A DNA stretch of 64,000 nt from a virus: the IMG/VR virus record IMGVR_UViG_3300037337_000032, positions 10,498 to 74,497 of that record; one strand, 5' to 3'. The notes under the pieces are model-generated. The model was not told the origin of the DNA and did no database searches. It saw only the letters and a list, made by a program, of their open reading frames with translations. Within the stretch, counting starts at the first letter, position 1. Every line of letters starts with the position of its first letter. A program made the translations under genes and the position numbers. Shown here piece by piece: positions 39,919-48,150 of this stretch.

Positions 39919-40173
39919 TTAGTATTGTCCAGACTCTATTGTCTGTTGTTCTAATAATCTAGTTGCTTTCCATTTTTGATCTGCAACAGAATACACTAAG
40001 ATAGAACCCTCTAGCTTATCTGTAGTATCTACATCGGCAGCATCTGCTAGATTTTGAATACCATCTGCCCCGGGTGGCCCTTGTTCAGCTGTAGTAATAA
40101 CTGAAGTACTAGTGGGGGCTTCATCTATAATTATAGTCTCGTATACTGTATCTACGAGTACATCAGTTGTCAT
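39919..40173 (-). CDS. small virion protein
   Basis: QGPPG, L.D..DVD, GSILVY...KW motifs. Confidence 0.6.
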   Translation of the reverse strand: MTTDVLVDTVYETIIIDEAPTSTSVITTAEQGPPGADGIQNLADAADVDTTDKLEGSILVYSVADQKWKATRLLEQQTIESGQY

Positions 40174-40215
40174 ACAGCTTCCCCTTTGTTTTTTGAATGA
40201 ATAGGTTTATTGCAA

Positions 40216-40707
40216 TCATCTATGTGCTTCCCTGCTATTAAAGTAGTCTTTAGTTATATTTTGACCTATACTCATACAAATTGCAGCTAAATGGTGCGGC
40301 CCGAAATTAGCCGCAGACTGTAAATAAGGATAGGCTACCCATTCATTACAGAACCATTTATTACTTACTTGTTTACCGGGTAATACAGTAGCCAAAGCAC
40401 CGCGCCAATCGTAGGTTTCATTTTTAGTGCAAGACAATAAATCAATAGATGCAATAACACTCCACTGGGGAACATCAGCAATTATCCAGCTATCTTTGGT
40501 AAGTGTCACTTGCTTAGAGCGAACACCCCCTTCACGTAAGCTAGAACTTGCAATTATTACCGAGCCATCTGCCTGTTCCGAATGAATAGCTTCTACGTGT
40601 GTAACATAACTGTATTGACCCTTTTGTGCCAATTTTGTGAGTCTCCAACCAGACCTCACTATAAAGCTGTCCTTAGCGTGTGTGCCAACGTAGAAGGCTA
40701 TTTTCAT
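40216..40707 (-). CDS. permuted papain-like (NlpC/P60-related) protein
   Basis: His before Cys: THVE...YDW.G...KWFCNE. Confidence 0.6.
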   Translation of the reverse strand: MKIAFYVGTHAKDSFIVRSGWRLTKLAQKGQYSYVTHVEAIHSEQADGSVIIASSSLREGGVRSKQVTLTKDSWIIADVPQWSVIASIDLLSCTKNETYDWRGALATVLPGKQVSNKWFCNEWVAYPYLQSAANFGPHHLAAICMSIGQNITKDYFNSREAHR

Positions 40708-41156
40708 AATTTTTCTGTGTAACTCAACGGCCAGCCGCTGGTGAAGTTGTAGGTACTTGGTGACATACTCTTCATAAGTTCTAATCTATGCTTCTCTGCA
40801 GTAACAAATACTGCTTGCTCGCGAATAACCATAGCTTGAAATATCTGAGTAGCTATTTTACTAGTCATAGTAACAAAAGAGCCATCCATAGTCTTCCATT
40901 GCAAACCAGCGGGAATATTATCTCCCATAATCATTAAACCAAGGTGTTGAATCTTTGAGCTTGCATCGGAATGAAACCATTTACCATCCACTTCTGCACC
41001 TCCATCTTGAACTCTAGTTCGGTGATCTTTAATAAGCTCCCACTCAATTGGGGTGGATTGTCTTAACTCTTCGTAGTTATCAAAGTGATTGCTCTGCATG
41101 AAAGCTGCAGTAGCTTGTATTGTAGCTCCTGTGCTATTTATTTTATATAGTGGCAT
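40704..41156 (-). CDS. DUF4376-like tail fibre accessory protein
   Basis: GG.EVDGKWFHSD..S..Q...WKTMDGSFV...YNF..GWP; start at AAGGA...ATG. Confidence 0.7.
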   Translation of the reverse strand: MPLYKINSTGATIQATAAFMQSNHFDNYEELRQSTPIEWELIKDHRTRVQDGGAEVDGKWFHSDASSKIQHLGLMIMGDNIPAGLQWKTMDGSFVTMTSKIATQIFQAMVIREQAVFVTAEKHRLELMKSMSPSTYNFTSGWPLSYTEKL

Positions 41157-41166
41157 TTTACTTTCC

Positions 41167-42912
41167 TTACACCATTGAAACGTAAACAATACGAGATACA
41201 CCTGTAATAGCGATTACTGCTGCAGCTGTTTTAACTGTAAGATTCTCGTACATGGCAAAGTGCGGGTATGGATTTTGGTCTAGAGCTAAAGCAGCAACGC
41301 CTACTAAACTCAACTCTGCTCCGCCCTGTGAACCTGCTGTTGCAGTTGCGAATTGAAAAGAAGTTGGAATTGCTGCAATGCCAATTTGAGTTGCAGCTAG
41401 CATTAGAATCTTAGATGGCACCCCACCACCATACGGGTCAAATGCACCCACACGTCCAATGCCGTTAGGTACTGTAGTACCTGTGGTAATAATTGCCCGA
41501 CCACTTGTTGTTTTCAGCCAAGTTACCATAGCTGCTGTTGCTGCCATTGTGTTCGTAGCTACGTTAGATACAAACATAGCTGCTCTAGCATTAGCAGATG
41601 CAAACATGGCAGCGCGGTTAGCATCTGTTGCACCGGAACCCAGTAGTCTTGTCATGGCGGCTTGTCCGCCAGTTAACGCTGCGATTGCAACGCTACTATT
41701 AGTAGCAACCGTAAAGTTTGCATGGTCAGCTAATGCGCCTACTGCTGCAACATTACCTGCAAAGGCAGACATAACAGTAGCGTTTCCTGCTATGACCGAG
41801 AAGTTTGCGCTGGTCGCAAGAGTGACCAGCGCAGAAGAGTTGCTTGAGATAGCTGAAACCATTGCGGTACTAGCCAAAGCTGCTGTCAAGTTAGCGGAAT
41901 TGTTTACAAGCGCAGAGATTGCAGCACTGTTAGAAGCGATGGCGTTAGTTACAGTAGCGTTCCCAAGAACTCTGAAAAAGTTTGAATTAATTGCAAGTGC
42001 AATCATGGTTGCCGAGTTGGTTGCCATTGCCTCGGAAGCCCCACCACTAGCTAAAACCTTTACCAAAGCCTCGGGGTCGTCTACCATTGAAATAAGCGTA
42101 GGATATAATGCAGGAACTAACCCAGCTAATGTAGCAGCAGTTGCTGGAACGCTTGCGATAAAGTGCAAACTTGCCTTATATGCAATCCAAGCAGCAGGAT
42201 TTGAGTATACAGCATCGATTGCGACTTTGGTATTTGCAATAGCAGTCATTGCATCTAGCACTGGAGTTACTACAGACATTGCTGTAGTAGATGCAGCAAC
42301 ATAAGGAAATGCTTCACTAGACTCAGCAAATAAGCGAATAGAGACTGGATTGTTTGCAATCTCCGACATCATTGTTGCATTCGATGCAGCTACACCAACA
42401 GAAGGTAAACTTGCAATTAAAGCCCGTGTAGCACGACGGGATGCAACTACTGCTGCCTTTGCCACTGGGTTGGCAATAAGAGCATTTATTGTAAAGTAGT
42501 TTGCAGGAACTAGACCAGCTAGAGTTGCAATAGCATTCTTAGAATTTACCTCATAATTAGCACTAGTAGTAAGCAACCTCCAAGCTGTAGGGCTACTCTC
42601 TGCAGCACGTAAAGCCCCGATATTTAGGGCCACTGCTTCCATAGCAGAAGGCACATCAAGTATAGATTTGCAAGCCGTAAAGTTATCTTCAGTAGCTTGT
42701 GCAAATACTGTATTTATAGCTGTAGTGCTGCCAAGTAATGTAGTAACAGTAGTAGAGTTCGAAGCAATCCTTCGGGTTGTACCGCGCATAGTAAGAAGAA
42801 CTTTAAATTCTCCAAGTCTTCCGCCGTCTGTTAATGTAGTTTCTAGTTGTGAACCAGTAACACTGCCATTTTCAATTGCGTTTAATAGTCGAATAGCTCG
42901 TAATGCAGGCAT
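41167..42912 (-). CDS. Ala-rich helical-repeat protein, probably structural
   Basis: ~10-11 aa repeats of type AM.A(I/V)A.(S/N). Confidence 0.65.
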   Translation of the reverse strand: MPALRAIRLLNAIENGSVTGSQLETTLTDGGRLGEFKVLLTMRGTTRRIASNSTTVTTLLGSTTAINTVFAQATEDNFTACKSILDVPSAMEAVALNIGALRAAESSPTAWRLLTTSANYEVNSKNAIATLAGLVPANYFTINALIANPVAKAAVVASRRATRALIASLPSVGVAASNATMMSEIANNPVSIRLFAESSEAFPYVAASTTAMSVVTPVLDAMTAIANTKVAIDAVYSNPAAWIAYKASLHFIASVPATAATLAGLVPALYPTLISMVDDPEALVKVLASGGASEAMATNSATMIALAINSNFFRVLGNATVTNAIASNSAAISALVNNSANLTAALASTAMVSAISSNSSALVTLATSANFSVIAGNATVMSAFAGNVAAVGALADHANFTVATNSSVAIAALTGGQAAMTRLLGSGATDANRAAMFASANARAAMFVSNVATNTMAATAAMVTWLKTTSGRAIITTGTTVPNGIGRVGAFDPYGGGVPSKILMLAATQIGIAAIPTSFQFATATAGSQGGAELSLVGVAALALDQNPYPHFAMYENLTVKTAAAVIAITGVSRIVYVSMV

Positions 42913-42922
42913 AATAAATTCC

Positions 42923-43519
42923 TTATTTAGTTGTAAATATTGCAGCTAAACGGATAGTTTCATCCTCGTCTAACTCATCTCTGAATGCTTCTTCTATACT
43001 GTTAATTGCAGCTAAAAAATCCTGTGCTGGTACAGCTAGAAGCCACTGACCTAATGCATCCGTAAAGCAAGTTTCATCGTCATCTGGCTCAATCTGTGTA
43101 TTATACCACATAAATAGACCAAGACCTTCAATTACTACTGAGTCATCTAATTGTCTCGGTAGAGCAGGAATATCGCGTAGCATACCTCTACTTTCATATT
43201 CAAGGCTATTCAGGGATGTAGCTCCGCGTGGGATTACCGTATCACCTTCACCCAACAGAGATAGACCGTTAACAGTCCTAATCGTTAGGCCAGACACAAG
43301 AGTGTCTTGCTTTAAGCCAATTGCTATCCCTTGTGCGGTGCTGATGGGCTTGCTGGCATCGGACGTATTACTTACGTTGTTTAATGCGTTTACGCGGGCT
43401 GTAGTAGCTGCAAACGTAGCCTGAGCCTCAGAAACTGCAGTATCTCTTGCTAGTACTGCAGTTGTAAGTAGGTTATTTGCGGTGGCTAAATCCGCTACTG
43501 TTTGTTCTAAAGTTGGCAT
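42923..43519 (-). CDS. fibre-related protein
   Basis: NVSNTSDASKPISTAQ and KQDTLVSG..IRTVNG.SLLG fibre motifs. Confidence 0.65.
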   Translation of the reverse strand: MPTLEQTVADLATANNLLTTAVLARDTAVSEAQATFAATTARVNALNNVSNTSDASKPISTAQGIAIGLKQDTLVSGLTIRTVNGLSLLGEGDTVIPRGATSLNSLEYESRGMLRDIPALPRQLDDSVVIEGLGLFMWYNTQIEPDDDETCFTDALGQWLLAVPAQDFLAAINSIEEAFRDELDEDETIRLAAIFTTK

Positions 43520-43520
43520 T

Positions 43521-43703
43521 TCATCCTCCTGTGCGAGTTATTAGCGCGGCTTGTGTATTGGTCATGGCAGTAACGATTTGGATTAGTGGCAACTGCACCG
43601 TAGAAGACATAACTGCCTCTACGCTTGTTCGCTGTGTTGTAAATAGCTCAACCGCTTCGGTTACTACAGCTGTAAGTTCGATAATAGTTATATCTGTGCT
43701 CAT
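43521..43703 (-). CDS. hypothetical protein
   Basis: Short ORF coupled to neighbours. Confidence 0.5.
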   Translation of the reverse strand: MSTDITIIELTAVVTEAVELFTTQRTSVEAVMSSTVQLPLIQIVTAMTNTQAALITRTGG

Positions 43704-43900
43704 AATTCCCCCGAAATAAGTTGCGCCATATATATGTTCTGAAACCTGATGGTGTTGTACGCTCTAGCTATTTCAACTTTTGCAATATGTGACACCTGTG
43801 GTATATTTATCTGAAAAAAGTCACTCGGATGATTCAATTCCATGTATTCAATCGTAGCCAATATTGAATGCCCGGTACTGATAAATTGAAAATTCAGCAT
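43700..43900 (-). CDS. hypothetical protein
   Basis: Short ORF, ATGA overlap with next gene. Confidence 0.45.
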   Translation of the reverse strand: MLNFQFISTGHSILATIEYMELNHPSDFFQINIPQVSHIAKVEIARAYNTIRFQNIYMAQLISGEL

Positions 43901-43902
43901 GA

Positions 43903-45372
43903 TTATGTTGAAATCAATGAAACGCTAAAATCAGGAGAAGTAGCCGTAGGCGTAACATCATTATTGGCTGCACCCAGCGTCATAGTAGCCCCGATACCGT
44001 TAGAGAAAGCAAAGCCCTCTACTGGTAGTGGATAAACCAAAGTACCGCTCGCCGGTAAGCTGCAAACAATCACGGGCGTACCGTTACCAGCTGTTGGTAC
44101 GGAAGCAGTATCATACAATTTTAAGTGCCGTGCTGTTGCTGTGTAGTTCGTAAATACCACGGTGCGCAAGATAGCGGGCACGTTGCGGATGGAAACAGAG
44201 TTCACATTCACCGCTCCCTGATTCCCCAATATAAACAACGGGATTAGCGCATCCGCCGACGCTGGTAATGACCGAACCGAGCCTATTACGTTTGATCCAG
44301 CGGGAAGCGCACCGAACGAGACAGGAACCAAGTCGTCTGTGGCAATAGACACTCGTTGTACGCCTGCACCACGCACACCGCCACCAGTAGCGACTACCGT
44401 GCCGAGGATTTCCATCAACGCCGAAGGCGAGTTGTTCAGCTGGGTGGCGGCAGGAATAGTGCCAAACGCAGTATCAAGTTCAAACAACGCTGTTAATGAA
44501 CCACTGTTAAGGAATGTGACCCGAATATAGTTGCCGTTGATAACACCCGAACGGGCGAACCCGACATTCGCCGAAACAGCGTAAGCCAAAGTTTGATTTA
44601 CTTTTGTGCCCAACTCGTCGGAGAACTGTTCAATCGTAATCACGCCATCCTTGTCAGAGAACGCCAAAATGATGAACGCCTGCTGAGACACAATCGACTC
44701 AACAGCACCAACGAACGATGCACCCGAAGCTAGCTGGGCCGAAGACGAGTTAGCCGTACTGAAATGGTATACCTGACCTGCAGGTATCACGTTTAGATTT
44801 TTCTGGCCGGTGCCTGCCTCTGTTGTTTCCAGCAGGTTTCCCGCTCCGTCTGCGAGTCTTACAACGCCAATAGCCTTCGTGGTTTCGGCCGCCAGCGTAA
44901 CTGAACCAACTGCCGAAATCTGCCCGTTGGTGTTGAGTTCTTTGTACCCAAACGCCACACCCTGGATGATGCCGGACGTAAATGCAATCACGCGGACTCG
45001 CAAAAACTTCATACTGATCGGTACGGTAATGATTGCGTTGGCTGTTGCTGACAGCACGTATGGCGAAAGGATAACCCCCATGTCCTGCACGGTCAGCGGG
45101 ACGAACGTCCCGTTATCATTCGATCCCTGAAACTGAACCGAACCCACCCACGTACCAGTGAGTTGCACCGAGATGAACTTATAGGCGGATGCGTCAAACG
45201 AAGCGATCAGGTCGTTGTTGGCTACTGTTACGTTTGATACCTCAATGCTGATCGGCAGCGATGGGACTATCTCAACACCTGCGCTGTCGTATTGTGTAAC
45301 ACGAATAGCCTTGCTAATCGCATCTATTGTTGCTAGGTCACTTGACGTACCCGACTTTATTTCTACAGCCAT
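43903..45372 (-). CDS. multi beta-sandwich virion protein
   Basis: GTWVGSVQFQGSND, LKLYD...P, G.AFSNGI domains; GC higher than neighbours. Confidence 0.6.
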   Translation of the reverse strand: MAVEIKSGTSSDLATIDAISKAIRVTQYDSAGVEIVPSLPISIEVSNVTVANNDLIASFDASAYKFISVQLTGTWVGSVQFQGSNDNGTFVPLTVQDMGVILSPYVLSATANAIITVPISMKFLRVRVIAFTSGIIQGVAFGYKELNTNGQISAVGSVTLAAETTKAIGVVRLADGAGNLLETTEAGTGQKNLNVIPAGQVYHFSTANSSSAQLASGASFVGAVESIVSQQAFIILAFSDKDGVITIEQFSDELGTKVNQTLAYAVSANVGFARSGVINGNYIRVTFLNSGSLTALFELDTAFGTIPAATQLNNSPSALMEILGTVVATGGGVRGAGVQRVSIATDDLVPVSFGALPAGSNVIGSVRSLPASADALIPLFILGNQGAVNVNSVSIRNVPAILRTVVFTNYTATARHLKLYDTASVPTAGNGTPVIVCSLPASGTLVYPLPVEGFAFSNGIGATMTLGAANNDVTPTATSPDFSVSLIST

Positions 45373-45384
45373 TTTATTATCCTT

Positions 45385-45855
45385 CTATTGTAAAAGCCAA
45401 GCTACACCATATGTGCCGTTTGCACTGGCATTGCCCATCTCACCGTAAAGTGTAAAGCCAACACCCTGTACTATACTGTGTGCCGCAAGTCGTATAGGGT
45501 CAACTAACATATCATCTACACTGTGAGACACTGTTGCTATGTTCCTCATACTAAGTAATATAGTAGAGGTTGCTAATATTGTATCAACACCTGTAATAAT
45601 TACTTGTGCTGTCTTACTACTTAATCCAAAATCTAATGTAGCAGTTCCTGCTGTACCATTTATACCTTGAGCACCAGTTAAACCTGTCGGGCCAATCTCT
45701 CCTTGTATACCTTGAGCGCCAGTATCGCCAGTTAAACCTGCAGGGCCAATCTCTCCTTGTATACCTTGTATACCTTGAGCGCCCGGTACGCCTTGTTCAG
45801 CTATGCTAATAACTGTGGTAATACCCGGAGTCCCTACAACTACCCTAGTTGTCAT
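45385..45855 (-). CDS. collagen-repeat protein
   Basis: (G-X-Y)n run QGVPGAQGIQGIQGEIGPAG... Confidence 0.75.
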   Translation of the reverse strand: MTTRVVVGTPGITTVISIAEQGVPGAQGIQGIQGEIGPAGLTGDTGAQGIQGEIGPTGLTGAQGINGTAGTATLDFGLSSKTAQVIITGVDTILATSTILLSMRNIATVSHSVDDMLVDPIRLAAHSIVQGVGFTLYGEMGNASANGTYGVAWLLQ

Positions 45856-46208
45856 CTAGTTACCTCTGGAGCTGCTGTAAGACTTCCCTCTATAACTCTA
45901 GTGACTGTTCCATCAGCAAATACAATCTCTAAATCATATGCTGCACTTGAGAATGTATATGCAGTAGATACGCCAGATGGAATTACAATCTTAAATTTAC
46001 CATTTAAAGCATCGTGAATTTCTAATCTTAAGTTTTCTGTAGTAAGGGCATCTAGAATGGTAGTATCAGTTACAGTTCTTCTTATTTGCATTCTAGCAGT
46101 GCAACCAGTAAGATTAACTGCTACAGCTGGTACTCCTGTTTTCCATTGGATAATTTTAACAAACGTAGAACCTTTGTAAATCTCCAGATCAATATGTGCG
46201 GGTTGCAT
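45852..46208 (-). CDS. BppU-like/adaptor virion protein
   Basis: GSTF...NLTGCTARMQIR...YDLE...V.R..EG. Confidence 0.65.
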   Translation of the reverse strand: MQPAHIDLEIYKGSTFVKIIQWKTGVPAVAVNLTGCTARMQIRRTVTDTTILDALTTENLRLEIHDALNGKFKIVIPSGVSTAYTFSSAAYDLEIVFADGTVTRVIEGSLTAAPEVTR

Positions 46209-46265
46209 TTTTATTCCTTTTAAAACAACAATAACCCTGAGTATTACTCAGGGTATTTGTAAATT

Positions 46266-46294
46266 ATTATAGCATAGAATTTATAATAATTCAA
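46266..46294 (-). promoter_or_regulatory. sigma70 promoter for fibre cassette
   Basis: TTGAAT-17 nt-TATAAT (TGCTATAAT). Confidence 0.7.
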
Positions 46295-46301
46295 GTAACA
46301 T

Positions 46302-46670
46302 TTAATGTTTATTTAATCTGTATCTTACACTATCAGGTAGTTTACCACCTTCACTGGTATTCCAGCCCATATTCTTAAAAGGTCTGAAAATACTCTCTAT
46401 GTAGTATGCTTGAGCTGCTGTGCATACGCATAATCTAGATATTATAATATCTTCTATTGCATATTCATTAAGTACAGTATGTAGTGCACTATAACTACTA
46501 GAAGTACTTTTAGCTTTTCTACAGTGCTCTTTAAATCTAACCTCTATTTCTCTAGTAGTAACACCAACGTATCCTTCTGAGAATACGTCAGTGTGTTCTT
46601 TTAAATGCAGCCAATATACATAAGCTGTTTTCTGGTTAGCCTGCGATAGACTACCTACGTTAGCCTGCAT
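46302..46670 (-). CDS. short GIY-YIG endonuclease
   Basis: YVYW...GYVGVT...RFKEH...E...GWN..GG. Confidence 0.75.
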   Translation of the reverse strand: MQANVGSLSQANQKTAYVYWLHLKEHTDVFSEGYVGVTTREIEVRFKEHCRKAKSTSSSYSALHTVLNEYAIEDIIISRLCVCTAAQAYYIESIFRPFKNMGWNTSEGGKLPDSVRYRLNKH

Positions 46671-48135
46671 TTTCTAAGTTGTTACTAGAAGTATCTGCAC
46701 CTGTTGGCCCAAGCGAAGTACCTTCACCTGCTGTCTTAAAGCCGTCTCCACTTCGAGAAGTCATATCAGGCAAGTACTCTGCATTAGGTTCTTGCTCTGC
46801 AGGTAGACTATCTACTCCAATAGCTTCACGAACTCTATTTAGAACTGCACGATCAACTTCAAGAACAGAAGTACTTGCAAAACGCTGAATTGCTTTAGAG
46901 AATGACTCAAGATCTTCAGCATCTAGGTTATCAAAGTCCATGTGACCCATTCTAGATATGTCCCATGAATTTAGTTCATAAGTTTGCTTGATCAAATCTT
47001 CGTTAATTACATCACGAATTTTCCTCAGCATTGCTTCGGCTGCAGTAGCTGAAAGTGAATTCTTAACTTGGCCTAAAGCATTAGATCCACCCCCAGACTG
47101 TCCTAGTACGAGAATATCTGCAAATAAGGAAGTTAAGATTGAATTCTTGTAGTACTCTTTAATCTTAGAAGTATCCATTGCTTTACTACCATTTAACGAC
47201 AGTAGCTCTAATTCAAATAGAGGCTGTTTGGTATCTGGATCATGAGCTTGAGGTAAAATTAGAGCAGATTGTTGATTTAGCTGCATATTTCGCATTACGT
47301 TTTCATAGTACGATCTAATAGCTTTTTGATCCGTAGATGCATCTGCAGATAAATACTGCGGAGGTAGCTTTAGCACAGGAAGTCCAACTAAATCTTTAGC
47401 TACACCGTTAGCTTCAATCTCTTCGATTACACTTAGAAACCGCCAAGACAGATACGCATCTCTTAGCATGGACTTACCAAAAGGATCTCCTTTGTGCTTA
47501 CCTGCTTTAAATAAGATAATCTTACTTCTACCTAAAATGACTTCGTTATTAGTACGTGTACTATAGCGATTATAGACGTCTGAAATAGCAGATAAATTCT
47601 GCTTGACGCCTTTCACTTCGTTACCATCTTCACTGAATATAAACTTCTCAATTGTCTCTTGACTTCTGATTGGTAGCTTTTTCCATCCAATGATACCGTC
47701 GTTATATTTAGATCCATTGGATTTTAAACGCCTACGGTATACTTTTTCATGCACAGAGAAACCATACATATTTGCAGAAAGAGCTTCAGATATAAAGTCA
47801 GACCAGCTGTACTCCTTCATATCTTGCATCATTTCATTTATAATCTCAGCTTCACGAAGCTCTTTAGCTGAAGCTCCAGCTACTGGTTTAAATATCCAAT
47901 CAGCTTTTCCGATTAAGTTATCAAATAATGTTAAAGCTGAGTTAATTGTTCCGTGGTAAGACATTTGCTTATAAGTAGCAATACTGTGCGGAAAGTTCAA
48001 CTCGCGTTTTAATTCATCGTTAGATACGCCATTAAAGACATTCAAACCAAGATAGCCTGTTTCACTTAATTTAAAACGCTCTGGATCTTCGCTAAATGAT
48101 TTCTGTACTAAATTACTATTTGATTTACGTGCCAT
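46660..48135 (-). CDS. portal protein
   Basis: YGFSVHEKVY, DPFGKS.LR.AY, GS.ALG; follows terminase. Confidence 0.9.
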   Translation of the reverse strand: MARKSNSNLVQKSFSEDPERFKLSETGYLGLNVFNGVSNDELKRELNFPHSIATYKQMSYHGTINSALTLFDNLIGKADWIFKPVAGASAKELREAEIINEMMQDMKEYSWSDFISEALSANMYGFSVHEKVYRRRLKSNGSKYNDGIIGWKKLPIRSQETIEKFIFSEDGNEVKGVKQNLSAISDVYNRYSTRTNNEVILGRSKIILFKAGKHKGDPFGKSMLRDAYLSWRFLSVIEEIEANGVAKDLVGLPVLKLPPQYLSADASTDQKAIRSYYENVMRNMQLNQQSALILPQAHDPDTKQPLFELELLSLNGSKAMDTSKIKEYYKNSILTSLFADILVLGQSGGGSNALGQVKNSLSATAAEAMLRKIRDVINEDLIKQTYELNSWDISRMGHMDFDNLDAEDLESFSKAIQRFASTSVLEVDRAVLNRVREAIGVDSLPAEQEPNAEYLPDMTSRSGDGFKTAGEGTSLGPTGADTSSNNLENAG

Positions 48136-48150
48136 TAACGGCTCCTTTTC

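Noticed and set aside
41459-42304. Long plus-strand ORFs opposite structural genes (also 39074-39721, 28225-28632)
   Set aside because: Antisense shadows of Ala/Thr/Val-rich genes; no RBS or motifs
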